A stretch of 63,233 nucleotides of DNA, filler included, from Octopus bimaculoides (Eukaryota): the NCBI RefSeq assembly GCF_001194135.2. It is 11 parts of 9 records of this genome, joined end to end, with 100 filler letters (N's around TTAATTAATTAA, not from the genome) between each part and the next. Parts side by side here need not be neighbours in the genome. Positions count along the whole stretch, not along the records: positions 23,027 to 26,334 come from NC_068996.1; positions 26,435 to 38,313 come from NC_068983.1; 9 more parts are not named here. One strand, written 5' to 3'. The notes beneath the pieces are model-generated. The model saw only the letters and a program-made list of their open reading frames with translations, did no database searches and was not told the DNA's origin. The number at the start of each line of letters is the position of its first letter. The stretch's first letter is position 1. A program made the position numbers and the translations under genes. Of the stretch, positions 24,103-36,472 are shown in pieces.

Positions 24103-24489
24103 NNNNNNNNNNNNNNNNNNNNNNNNNNNNNNNNNNNNNNNNNNNNNNNNNNNNNNNNNNNNNNNNNNNNNNNNNNNNNNNNNNNNNNNNNNNNNNNNNN
24201 NNNNNNNNNNNNNNNNNNNNNNNNNNNNNNNNNNNNNNNNNNNNNNNNNNNNNNNNNNNNNNNNNNNNNNNNNNNNNNNNNNNNNNNNNNNNNNNNNNNN
24301 NNNNNNNNNNNNNNNNNNNNNNNNNNNNNNNNNNNNNNNNNNNNNNNNNNNNNNNNNNNNNNNNNNNNNNNNNNNNNNNNNNNNNNNNNNNNNNNNNNNN
24401 NNNNNNNNNNNNNNNNNNNNNNNNNNNNNNNNNNNNNNNNNNNNNNNNNNNNNNNNNNNNNNNNNNNNNNNNNNNNNNNNNNNNNNNAT

Positions 24490-26334
24490 TGTAGGCCTGA
24501 AAGACGCACTGCACTTGTTGCTCGTGAGCTGAACCGTTATAACATTGATATAGCTGCACTCTCAGAGACTCGTATAGGTGATGGTCAGCTTGAGGAAGTA
24601 AGAGGTGGATACACCTTTTTTTGGAAAGGAAGGCAGAAGGAGGAGCGCAGAGAGGCTGGTGTTGGTTTTGCAGTCCGATCTGATATCCTCAAGAAGTTGG
24701 AAGAGCTCCCTGTTCCTATAAATGAACGTATAATGATGCTACGGTTGCACCTGAAAGGTAAGCGGTTTGTTACTCTAATAAGTGCCTATGCACCTACTTT
24801 GACTAGCTGTGATGAAGATAAAACAATCTTTTATAGCCAGCTGAGAGGCATACTTAGAAAAATCCCCAATTCTGATATAGTCATTCTACTGGGGGATTTT
24901 AATGCTAGAGTTGGAACAGACTGGCAAACATGGAACTCTCTTGGACGTTTTGGAGTAGGGAAAATGAATAGCAATGGTCTCATGCTACTGGGGCTCTGCG
25001 AAGAACATGGACTTTACATCGCAAGCACTCATTTTATGCACAAAGGTGATCACACAACATGGATGCATCCAAGGTCCAAAGTTTGGCACTTACTGGATTA
25101 TGTCAAGTCCTTCCATGGATCAGAATGCTGGACAGACCACAGTCTGGTGCGAGCAAAGTTCCGAATGGTAATTAGAGTGAAAGAGAGAAGAGGACCAGTC
25201 AGCATTCCTCGCCGTCTAAATGTTCACAAGGTATATGAGAGAACTGTCTACTGTGCAGCGAAGTCTAGCACTTGCCCACTATAACAGTGTAAAATCACTA
25301 CTGCAACGATCTCTCAGGAAGATGCAGAACACTTGGTGGGAGGATCTTGCTCGTGATGTTCAGGCTGCTGTTGATGCAAATGACAGCAAGAAACTTTACC
25401 ATCTTATGAAGCATGCTTATGGACCTAAGAGCTCCACATCAGCTCCCTTGCTTTCCAAGGAGTTTTCCACTCTGTTTACTAAATCAACAGAAATTACAGG
25501 TCGCTGGATCGAACACTTCTCTAAACTCTTAAACCATGAGTCAGGTGTGGATCAAACAGTGATTGATACTTAGCAACAAAGACCTACCATTGGCTCCTTA
25601 AACTCCTCACCCTCAAGAGATGAAGTAATGACATCAATAAGCAAATTGAATCTTGGTAAGGCACCTGGAAAGGATGGAATTTGTGCTGAAGTCTTGCGAT
25701 TTGGTGGTAATTACATCACACAGTCCCTTCATGAACTTATTAGTGCAGTCTGGAGGGATGGTGCAATCCCTAAGGACTGGAAGGATGCAATTATTCTTCC
25801 TCTATATAAAGGAAAAGGAGCCAGAACAATGTGTGGTAACTATAGAGGTATTGCTCTACTATCAGCTGCTGGCAAGGTTCTGGCAAATATTCTTCTTACC
25901 CGTCTGAATGGGTGTCTCGTAAATGGTGTCCTATCTGAATTTCAATGTGGCTTCCGATCTGGTAGAGGGACAATGGATATGATTTTCACGGCAAGACAGA
26001 TGCAGGAGAAGTACTATGAGCAGAATATGGCTCTTGTCCAGGAATTCATTGATTTAACAAAGGCCTTTGATACTGTAAATATGGCCTTTCTATGGAAAAT
26101 ACTTGGCAAACTTGGATGTCCGGATCAATTTGTATCTATAATTAAATCATTTCCTGATGGGATGGAGGCTTGGGTCAATGTTGGTGGTGGTATGGCGGGA
26201 CCCATTCCTGTAGGGAATAGTGTCAATCAGGGTGACATCCTTGCCCCAACTCTCTTTTCTTTGTACTTTGCTGCTGCTTTTACTCATGCTTTTGCTAAGG
26301 TTAGCTCTTTGGGAATATATGTCAGATATCGATC
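24490..26334 (+). mobile_element. RTE-clade LINE, disrupted ORF with APE endonuclease and reverse transcriptase
   Basis: APE motifs DIAALSETR, GDFNARVG, WMHPRSKVWHLLDY, TDH; RT motifs YRGIALL, QCGFRSGRGT, FIDLTKAFD, QGDILAP; frameshifts and a stop at about 25571; both ends in gaps. Confidence 0.95.
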
Positions 26335-26956
26335 NNNNNNNNNNNNNNNNNNNNNNNNNNNNNNNNNNNNNNNNNNNNTTAATTAATTAANNNNNNNNNN
26401 NNNNNNNNNNNNNNNNNNNNNNNNNNNNNNNNNNGGTGGATTGACAGGATTTGTAAAGTGTCCGAGAAATTTTGTTACGTCTCTGTATGTCCTCAGTTCA
26501 AATTCAACTGCTGTCGATCTTACCTGTCGTTCTTTTGGTCGTCATAATAAAGCAACAGTCAGATCACAGCATCAGTATAATCGACTCTGTCTCACCCTGC
26601 TCTATTTCTAACCCTGTGTTTATGTTAGTAATAAGGCACTTAATATATTACAAACAACTAAATAGTCAAATACTCATGATACATATGTGCATACACAAAC
26701 ATAAATATATGTCGTTGCTATTATTCAAAAGTGTCGTAAGTCCAAAACGTTGCTTTTTCAGAAAACGAAAAAATAATTTCACCATTTCATAGCAAAACCG
26801 CTGTACTACAGTTTAACAATTTTTGATATCTTGGCATCTGAACAACTGGAGATACGATAGTTTGACCAAAGAACCGGCTATTGCCAGCAAAAATAAATAT
26901 TGAAAAAACGCATTTGGCTAAATTTGGACATATGACAGTTTAACATAATAGCAATG

Positions 26957-26957
<1 letters not shown>

Positions 26958-27050
<93 letters not shown>
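26958..27050. repeat. (TG)n microsatellite
   Basis: Directly visible. Confidence 0.97.
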
Positions 27051-27052
<2 letters not shown>

Positions 27053-27495
27053 TGTCTTTCAAATTAGAACAGATCTAGTAAGGTTTATCCGAGTTTGAGT
27101 ATACTGCAAATATTTGTAAGTTATTAATCTCTCTTTTAGTCAAGAAAGTGAGTGACTGATTTCCGATGAAGTAGTAAAGACCACTGAAACAAGTAAAGTC
27201 GATCTTTTTCTTGGCTACTGGAAAACTGAGACAACCTTAGTATCCATTATCACGGCAGGACTAAAACTTCCTTTATTATAAACACTCTTCTGTATGTTTA
27301 TGCTACATCAATTTCACTCTCTCTCTTTCTTTCTCTCTTTCTCTCCCCCTTTCTACATCCACACGTATACACTTACGTGCATTTATACATATATATATAT
27401 AGAGAGAGAGAGAAAAAAAAATTAAGGTACTCAGAAATCTGGATGTTTGTACATTTACAGATTTTTATTAATGTCACATATTAAATAAAGCGCTT

Positions 27496-27561
27496 TTCAC
27501 CTAGTCGTGAAGGATTTTCAATTGTTCAAAACAATCTGAAAATCCTTCACGACTAGGTGAA
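27496..27561. other. Near-perfect 66-nt hairpin
   Basis: 25-bp perfect arms 27496-27520 and 27537-27561, extended by ATTGTT/AACAAT around a CAA loop. Confidence 0.9.
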
Positions 27562-28053
27562 NNNNNNNNNNNNNNNNNNNNNNNNNNNNNNNNNNNNNNN
27601 NNNNNNNNNNNNNNNNNNNNNNNNNNNNNNNNNNNNNNNNNNNNNNNNNNNNNNNNNNNNNNNNNNNNNNNNNNNNNNNNNNNNNNNNNNNNNNNNNNNN
27701 NNNNNNNNNNNNNNNNNNNNNNNNNNNNNNNNNNNNNNNNNNNNNNNNNNNNNNNNNNNNNNNNNNNNNNNNNNNNNNNNNNNNNNNNNNNNNNNNNNNN
27801 NNNNNNNNNNNNNNNNNNNNNNNNNNNNNNNNNNNNNNNNNNNNNNNNNNNNNNNNNNNNNNNNNNNNNNNNNNNNNNNNNNNNNNNNNNNNNNNNNNNN
27901 NNNNNNNNNNNNNNNNNNNNNNNNNNNNNNNNNNNNNNNNNNNNNNNNNNNNNNNNNNNNNNNNNNNNNNNNNNNNNNNNNNNNNNNNNNNNNNNNNNNN
28001 NNNNNNNNNNNNNNNNNNNNNNNNNNNNNNNNNNNNNNNNNNNNNNNNNNNNN

Positions 28054-28112
<59 letters not shown>

Positions 28113-30731
28113 CTGATCAAGGTCCATTATATATAAGTCACTTCAGGGTCGTTGGTTCAGTAAGACGAAATTGCGCGTGAAAGGACGGCTGGTTTGTAAA
28201 AATTAATTCAAATGCTTGTGTTATGAGCGTGAGCGTTACCTATTCAATCTTACATCAATTAAAATAAATAAAAAAAAACAACAAAGACACTTTAACAGAC
28301 AACACAGTCAAGTAAGTGCAATCTACAACCATCGAAATTCACTTCATTATATCTCAAACACATACCAATTGAAACTCATTGATATCCAAGATAGTCTCTT
28401 GTTATCACAACATGCAATAATAATATATGTGGGTATAAAAATGTATATAATTAAGTATTTAAGTCTTCTCCTACGTGTAACTGCAACAAAAAATATATAC
28501 ACAATTGCATCTTCAATGCAACAGCTCTTCTATCTATTTAAATTAGTTGGTATAAAAACATTTATTGTTTAAATTAACTAATAATAATCTTCTATATTTA
28601 TTATTTTCTCGGGGAGATAATTCCGTAGTAGATATGATTACATATGTTTACATAGTTATGCAATAGATGCATATATATAAATTCACATACACATATACAT
28701 GTATACGTGTGTGTGTGTGCGCGCGCGTGTGTAGGTATATACATACATACATATGCTCATACGTATACCCGAATTAAAAATAAATTACACACACACATAA
28801 CTACATAGAAAGTCTGCTGTCTCTCTATTTCCGACATCTATATTTTGGAAGTTAAGATTAGTTTCAAATCCTGAGGAGACATAACGGAAAGCCGACAGCA
28901 GTCTTAAAATTGCAAACCATGAGTCCATAATTAAATATCTCATCTATCCAGTTATTTCTTAACTGCAATCAGCAATTAGTCATCAGAAAATATATAATTT
29001 TTACAACTNNNNNNNNNNNNNNNNNNNNNNNNNNNNNNNNNNNNNNNNNNNNNNNNNNNNNNNNNNNNNNNNNNNNNNNNNNNNNNNNNNNNNNNNNNNN
29101 NNNNNNNNNNNNNNNNNNNNNNNNNNNNNNNNNNNNNNNNNNNNNNNNNNNNNNNNNNNNNNNNNNNNNNNNNNNNNNNNNNNNNNNNNNNNNNNNNNNN
29201 NNNNNNNNNNNNNNNNNNNNNNNNNNNNNNNNNNNNNNNNNNNNNNNNNNNNNNNNNNNNNNNNNNNNNNNNNNNNNNNNNNNNNNNNNNNNNNNNNNNN
29301 NNNNNNNNNNNNNNNNNNNNNNNNNNNNNNNNNNNNNNNNNNNNNNNNNNNNNNNNNNNNNNNNNNNNNNNNNNNNNNNNNNNNNNNNNNNNNNNNNNNN
29401 NNNNNNNNNNNNNNNNNNNNNNNNNNNNNNNNNNNNNNNNNNNNNNNNNNNNNNNNNNNNNNNNNNNNNNNNNNNNNNNNNNNNNNNNNNNNNNNNNNNN
29501 NNNNNNNNNNNNNNNNNNNNNNNNNNNNNNNNNNNNNNNNNNNNNNNNNNNNNNNNNNNNNNNNNNNNNNNNNNNNNNNNNNNNNNNNNNNNNNNNNNNN
29601 NNNNNNNNNNNNNNNNNNNNNNNNNNNNNNNNNNNNNNNNNNNNNNNNNNNNNNNNNNNNNNNNNNNNNNNNNNNNNNNNNNNNNNNNNNNNNNNNNNNN
29701 NNNNNNNNNNNNNNNNNNNNNNNNNNNNNNNNNNNNNNNNNNNNNNNATATATATATATATATATATATACATACACATAGATATATACACGTATACATA
29801 CATATATATATACACACACACATAACTACATAGAAAGTCTGCTGTCTCTCTATTTCCGACATCTATATTTTGGAAGTTAAGATTAGTTTCAAATCCTGAG
29901 GAGACATAACGGAAAGCCGACAGCAGTCTTAAAATTGCAAACCATGAGTCCATAATTAAATATCTCATCTATCCAGTTATTTCTTAACTGCAATCAGCAA
30001 TTAGTCATCAGAAAATATATAATTTTTACAACTACTTCAACAGAATGATTTATATAGACGCGTTTATATTGACGTACTTTATAACAAACTAAGTTGTATC
30101 AGATCAAGTTTTGGATTATAAAGTGTGAAATACGTCATATCGAGACCTTCTACGTCATTTGCCTTCCAGCTCGACGTAGAGAGAGAAAACTCAAAATAAA
30201 CAATATTTTTTGTTTAAATAACAGCGAGTGGTATTGAACAAAAGATGGATTCCTAACAAGCTGATGCGCTTTCAATTCTTATTTGAAGCCAGTCAGTTCA
30301 CTTTTACTACTCATCCACTTATACAAGAGCTTTTAAAACATCTTTGCTTTCTATCTAAGAAAATATGTCTCCTTTGTTTCGGAAGAAAGTAATTTGTGTT
30401 TCTATCTCGATTTTATATTCTTTTAGCTAAATTTCTTATAAATACTCTGACATAAAGCATGAAGTTTAATCAGCATAACACTTAAACTATTGAGACGGAC
30501 ATGAATACATTAGGATAAATGTGTTTATCGCCTTTTGTGGTCTAAGTATTCTTCAATCAATGTTATATATATACACATAAAAATCTGACATGGGCGATTC
30601 TTTCTTCTCTTGGGATTCACGGTCAAACGGCTGGGTGGTATTGCGCGAAGAATTACACACGTGTGTATAATGATCCGGTGATGTTGTTCGGCTTTGTATT
30701 TTTTTCATAGCACTCATGATTATCGAGATAA

Positions 30732-31190
30732 TCTACTACAATAATACTCTTATGTTTATGAATGAGAAAGGAAGGGGTGAAAGATAAATAAAGAAGGAAG
30801 GGGTGATGTCATACTTGGAAGTGGGATGATGAAAATTGTACGCTGAAAAAATAAATCAAACAGCATTTCAACTCTGTGTGAATATATGTGTGTGTATGTA
30901 AACGGGAGGTTTGTGAATGTGTGTGTGTTTGTGTTTGTGCGTGTGCGCGCGCAATGGAAGTGGGATGGTTCATCTTTGTTCGTTTGGTATTTGGGTTTAT
31001 TTTTTGATTTGGTTGAATCTTGGTTGTTTTTTTTTTTTTGGTCAATTATTTTTAGCGTTTTGACAGAAAAAAGTCATTCTAAAATTTATTTTTAACGTAA
31101 GCATGCGCAAACAAGTTGAATGCTTACACAGAGCAGGTTTTACAACCACACCATCCAAACTGACCAGGTGAAACCGGGCTTAGCTACTAG
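30732..31190 (+). mobile_element. Probable non-autonomous Helitron
   Basis: Starts A|TC, ends with subterminal hairpin CCAGGTGAAACCGGG then CTAG|T; 5' end and body shared with 35062-35360. Confidence 0.5.
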
Positions 31191-31195
31191 TATAT

Positions 31196-31241
<46 letters not shown>

Positions 31242-31271
31242 TTTTCCAGTGATATTCTTCACTGATGTATA

Positions 31272-31305
<34 letters not shown>

Positions 31306-31924
31306 TCAATGACCAATCGAAAATTATAATTCGTAAATCGTAATTTTTTTTCAAGGGAACAAACCTTATTAATTGTTTATTTAACAAATTATATCGTTAT
31401 ATATCATTAAAATAAATGAAAGCTGTAGAGTGCATCTCAATAATGATCCGGACTGTCAAATTAAGATTCGTACTTCTCTTCTCTAACACTGCACTGGGCC
31501 CCTGGCCAAGACACTTAACTCCCAGATGAGTGAGTCCGCTAAGGTATACACCATGGCGTCGTAACTCACAGCTGTAAATAGTGAGATCATTTTAAGATTA
31601 ATGATTTTATCGTTCGCTGAGGTCACGTCCTCCTATTGGCTTAATGAATAGATCCACGACAGTCTCCAGAGTACTTACGATAGGGAAATATTTATAAAAC
31701 CGGAGATAGATTAAAAGCCACTCAAATGTTTCTACATTAACTTTTAGAGAACACTTAAATGTATAGACTGCTGTCGTTCTTATAGTTGCTGTTGCTTACC
31801 TGGTCAATCCTGGAGGAGCCGACCTATGATCAAAAGCATTCGAGCTATGACCGCTCTGTCTTTATGAGTATTTGTAGGACAACATTATGCAAGCCGCCTA
31901 TCATTATTTCAGTTCAATTTAAGG

Positions 31925-32137
31925 TTGAGAGCTGGCAGAATCGTTAGCACATCGGACAAAATGCTTAGTGGCATTTCTTCCGGATTAAAGATCTGAGTTC
32001 AAATACCTCCGCGGTCAACTTTGCTTTTCATTCTTTCGGGATCAATAAAATAAATACTAGTTGAACCCTGGGATCGATCTAATTGACTAATCCTCTCCTC
32101 ACAAAATTTCAGACTTGTGCCTATATTAGAAAGGATT
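31925..32137 (+). mobile_element. SINE family B
   Basis: GAGAGCTGGCAGAATCGTTAGCAC...GGTCAACTTTGCTTTTCATTCTTTCGGG. Confidence 0.85.
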
Positions 32138-32272
32138 AAGTTCAGTTAAAGGGAGATGTGGCTGCTATATCTAGCATATCGTGTGATTATGTAGAGACAC
32201 CCGCTCACAAAAAAAGCAATATGTATCTACCATTGATGCAAGGACTAGAACTTCTCCTACCACTTTTTCTTT

Positions 32273-32376
32273 AATTCAGTTTCTGTTGTAACAAATTCAG
32301 TTTCTGTTGTAACAAATTCAGTTTCTGTTGTAACAAATTCAGTTTCTGTTGTAACAAATTCAGTTTCTGTTATAAC
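32273..32376. repeat. 21-bp minisatellite, about 5 units
   Basis: Unit AATTCAGTTTCTGTTGTAACA. Confidence 0.95.
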
Positions 32377-32550
32377 TACAATTTGTTATATTGTGATATG
32401 ATTGGGTGTCAGAAATGATAGAGAAGAGGATGAAATGCGTAGTGCTATTTAGGAACAACATTCTACGCATTAGTTTAAATCCTAACATTTTGTTTTTTGT
32501 TTAAGGGGTAAATAAGTATCAGTCCACATTCTCGTATCAGTTTAATTTAT

Positions 32551-32755
32551 AAGGCGGCGTGCTGGCAAAAACATTAGCACGCCGGGCTAAATGCTTAGCG
32601 GTATTTCGTCTGTCTTTACGTTCTGAGTTCAAATTTCGCCGAGGTCGACTTTGCCTTTAATCCTTACAAAGTCGATAAATTAAGTAGCAGCTGCGTACTG
32701 GGATCGATCTAATCGGCTGGTCCCCTCTCCCAAAATTTCGGGCCTTGTGCCTAGA
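32551..32755 (+). mobile_element. SINE family B, well preserved
   Basis: AAGGCGGCGTGCTGGCAAAAACATTAGC...GAGGTCGACTTTGCCTTTAATCC...GGCCTTGTGCCTAG. Confidence 0.9.
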
Positions 32756-33734
32756 GTTTCCTTCAGCAAACAGCAGAAAAGCAGTAGACTGATACAAAAA
32801 AATAATAAATAAATAAAATAAAACTCAAGAGCAACAAAATTAGAAATATTCATCTAAAATATCTAAGACCGGAAGAAAGCATGCTGATACTACCACCCAT
32901 ATATACTATACCACCCGTATATACTATCAGCAGTTCTACAGTAATCTTATCTATGAAACTGTTAACGCTTACGTGCCACGTTCTAACTCATAATATGGAT
33001 TCATACCATTTGATTCAAAAGATACATTCAACCACCACACTGAGCACAAATCTCGTCTACCCGCATTCCTCTTTCTCCAGCTTCTCCTTCTTTACATCAC
33101 CATTATCATCTCCACGGTGTTCATCATCATTTCTGCCATTACCATCATCGTATTCATCATAATCATTGCCGTCATCATTATGATTCTTGCCGTTAATATT
33201 ATCGTCAACATTACTTTCATTGGACTAATCAACGTTATCATCTATCATCCTGATTATCATGATAATTTTCTTCACGGCCACCATCACCATCACTTGTATC
33301 ACATCATAATCATCACCATCGCCATCATAATCACTAGTTTTCAATTATCACCAGTACAAAAAACCATCATCGTCATAACAATCATCATCATTACCCATCA
33401 CCCAACATCACATCTACCACCACTACTATTATTACTATCAGTCTTGTTCCCATCCTCCTCAACATTGCTATGCAACTGTATTCGAGCAACTGCACTCAGT
33501 TTACTTCCGTTCAAAAATGATAAACTAGCTTTAATTATTTAAAGAAATGTAAGTGTATGTATGTGTGTGTGCGAGCGCGCGAGCGCGGTGCAAGTGGAGG
33601 GGGTATGCATGTACGTGCGTGTGTGTGTGTGTGTGTAAGCGTGTAAACGCGATTGTATACGTGTGTGTCGGTTTATAAGTTTATCTCTATCAAGACATGC
33701 CATTTTGAGTTTTTGCTTCTGTGTTTACTATTAA

Positions 33735-33925
33735 TAGCCATCAGAGCGTCGAAAAAAGCTGCCTTGCGACATTAGTTCCGGCTCTTTACATTCTGAGTTC
33801 AAATTCCGTGCATGTCCCGTTGCGTTTCAACTTTTCGTCAATAAAATTAAATACTAATCAGGTACTGGCGTTGACGGTAACCACTAACCTTCTCCCCCAA
33901 AATTGCTGGCCTAAATTAGAATCAG
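33735..33925 (+). mobile_element. SINE family B (old, diverged)
   Basis: TTCTGAGTTCAAATTCC...ATAAAATTAAATACTAATCAGGTACTGG. Confidence 0.55.
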
Positions 33926-35061
33926 TTATTGCCTTCAGGCAAAAGCACAAGGTTATGCGTTTTAGTATTGGGTGGAATCGATAAAATTAACTCGTGTATG
34001 TAAGTGGCATGTATTTTATCGACATCAGAAAGATGATAGAATGATATACGATAGCAAAACTCCTTTGAATGGTTTCTGCGTACAGGAGCAGCAAAGGACC
34101 ACTTCCCCCAATCATGGCCACCGAATGACAGTGAGAGGGAAATGTAGGAGGAGATTTATTCACTGCAGCAACCATAGCAACAGACCCTAATCTGCAGAAC
34201 AGTATGGGCCACAATCCAGGTGATTGCGAAGAAAGTTAGCTTGTGCCCAGGCAAAGTAAAGACCAGGCGCCCCTTTTCCTTGTCTAGGCTGTAATACCCC
34301 ACCTCCTTTTGTAACAAGGGGCCGATGGTACTAGCTGAGAAATATTTTCAAACTATCGGAGTGAGCGCGAACGGATAGAAGTGGAAGAAGAAACCATGAA
34401 CGAAAATCAAACCCTAGTAGAAGACAACTAAAGAATCTTTTCTACTTTAGACACAAGGCCCGAAATTTTGTGTTCCTTCCCTTCGAGATCAACAAGCTAA
34501 AGAACAAGTATTACTGACTAACCCTTGCCCACAATTTCAGGTCTTGTATCTATTACAGAAGCAATTACTAAAAGGACTAGGTTGATAGAATCGCTTAGTG
34601 CGTCGAACAAAATGTCTTGTGGTGTTTATTTCTGCGCTTTACGTCTTGAATTTGAATCATACTGCTTAGACAATTTACTCATTAAGGGACTCCATAAGTA
34701 CCAATTAATTAAATAATGGGGTTATTTAAGTCAACCTCAGATCTTTGTGTTGCCTTGCGTCTGTACTGGAAATGGAAACGAGTGTTATTGCAATTGTAGT
34801 AAACAGGGGATAACGTATGTAATATAGTGTGCAAAGGAATGGGTAATAAAAAGAATTCCACTCGTAATGAAGAGAAAACGCATGTGTTAATGATTGTATC
34901 TTGCTAAGAAAAGCAATTAGGGAACAACTTTTTAAATCATTTAGTCAGTTGTCATTATCCTTTAGTAGCGATCCCCCATCTCTTTTTTTTTTTACATCGT
35001 GGACAGCAGAGTCACGCGCTTAACAAAAACTCAATAAAATGTATCATATATAATTGAATTA

Positions 35062-35360
35062 TCTATGATAACACTCTTGTGTTTTTCTCCGTCACAGCAT
35101 GTGAATGAGAAAAGAAGGGTGATAAATGACTAAGGAAGGGGTGATGGCAAACTGGTAGTGGGAGCATTTCAGCTCTGTGTGGGTATGTGTGTATATATAA
35201 AAGGGAGGTATGTGAATGTTTGTGCAAGTGTGTGTTGTGTGTGAGCAATGGAAGTGGGATGGTGAACATTCAACGCTGAAAAGAAAAATCAAACAGCGTT
35301 TCAACTCTGTGTGAGTATTTGTGCTTATGTATGTGCGTGTACAAGGGAAGTATGTGAGTG
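35062..35360 (+). mobile_element. Second copy of the Helitron-like family with internal tandem units
   Basis: A|TCTATGATAACACTCTTGTG start; blocks AAGGAAGGGGTGATG, GCAATGGAAGTGGGATGG and AAATCAAACAGC(A/G)TTTCAACTCTGTGTG shared with 30.8 kb. Confidence 0.5.
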
Positions 35361-35475
35361 TTTGTATCTGTGAACCAGCATTCTCTCAATAACAAACGAT
35401 GTTCGATGTCACGTCTCAAAAGACAACCACTAGATAACATTGACAAGTGTATTAATTTGATTTACCATCCATATG

Positions 35476-35859
35476 TTGTGTTGGCACTCCTTCGCTTACG
35501 ACGTCGAGGGTTCCAGTTGATCAGATCAACGGAACAGTTTGCTCGTGAAATTAACGTGTAAGTGGCTGGGCACTCCACAGACACGTGTACCCTTAACGTA
35601 GTTCTTGGGGATATTCAGCGTGACACAATGTGACAAGGCTGACCATTTGAATTACAGGCACAACAGAAACAGGAAGTAAGAGTGAGAGAAAGTTGTAGAG
35701 AAAGAGTACAGCAGGGCTCGCCACCATCCCCTGCCGGAGCCTCGTGGAGCTTTAGGTGTTTTCGCTCAATAAAACTCACAACGCCCGGTCTGGGAATCGA
35801 AACCGCGATCCTATGACCGCGAGCCCGCTGCCCTAACCACTGGGCCATTGCGCCTCCAC
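35476..35859 (-). mobile_element. SINE family C, near full-length
   Basis: Reverse complement of 7129-7510. Confidence 0.92.
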
Positions 35860-35954
35860 ACCATCCATATCTATATATGAAATACTACAATCAACCGTCA
35901 TTTTTGACGGCATGGGGCCAGCTGGTTACACATATAATACATATATGCTGATTT

Positions 35955-36155
35955 CAAATTTTGGCAGAAGGTCATTTATTTCAGAGGAGGTAGGTAAGCC
36001 GATTACATCGACTCCAGTTTTCAACTGGTTCTCATTTCATCCGCCCTGAAAGGATGAAAGGCAAAGACAACTTCGGCGGAATTTGAACTTAGAACGTAAA
36101 AACGGATAAAATGTCGCAAAGTATTTTGCCCAGCATACTAACGAGTCTACCAGCT
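35955..36155 (-). mobile_element. SINE family B
   Basis: GAAAGGATGAAAGGCAAAGACAACTTCGGCGGAATTTGAACTTAGAACG. Confidence 0.8.
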
Positions 36156-36182
36156 TGTTGCTTTACATGTATAATACAAATA

Positions 36183-36407
36183 CTCTTTTACTCTTTTACT
36201 TGTTGCAGTCATTTGACTGCGGCCATGCTGGAGCACCGCCTTTAGTCGAGCAAATCGACCCCAGGACTTATTCTTTGTAAGCCTAGTACTTATTCTATCG
36301 GCCTCTTTTTGTCGAACCGCTAAGTTACGGGAACGTAAACACACCAGCATCGGTTGTGAAGGGATGGTGAGGGACAAACACAGACACACAAACACACAAA
36401 CATACAT

Positions 36408-36420
<13 letters not shown>
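36183..36420 (-). mobile_element. SINE family A 3' half, running into (TA)n and a gap
   Basis: Matches 10865-11090. Confidence 0.9.

Positions 36421-36472
<52 letters not shown>

Noticed and set aside
28790-30032. About 220-bp direct repeat flanking a gap
   Set aside because: Identical sequence on both sides of an N run; most likely an assembly artefact, though a true tandem duplication is not excluded.
32273-32376. CRISPR-like array
   Set aside because: No unique spacers, eukaryotic context, no cas genes.
34040-34400. Higher-GC stretch
   Set aside because: Stops in all plus frames within short distances and no recognisable motif.
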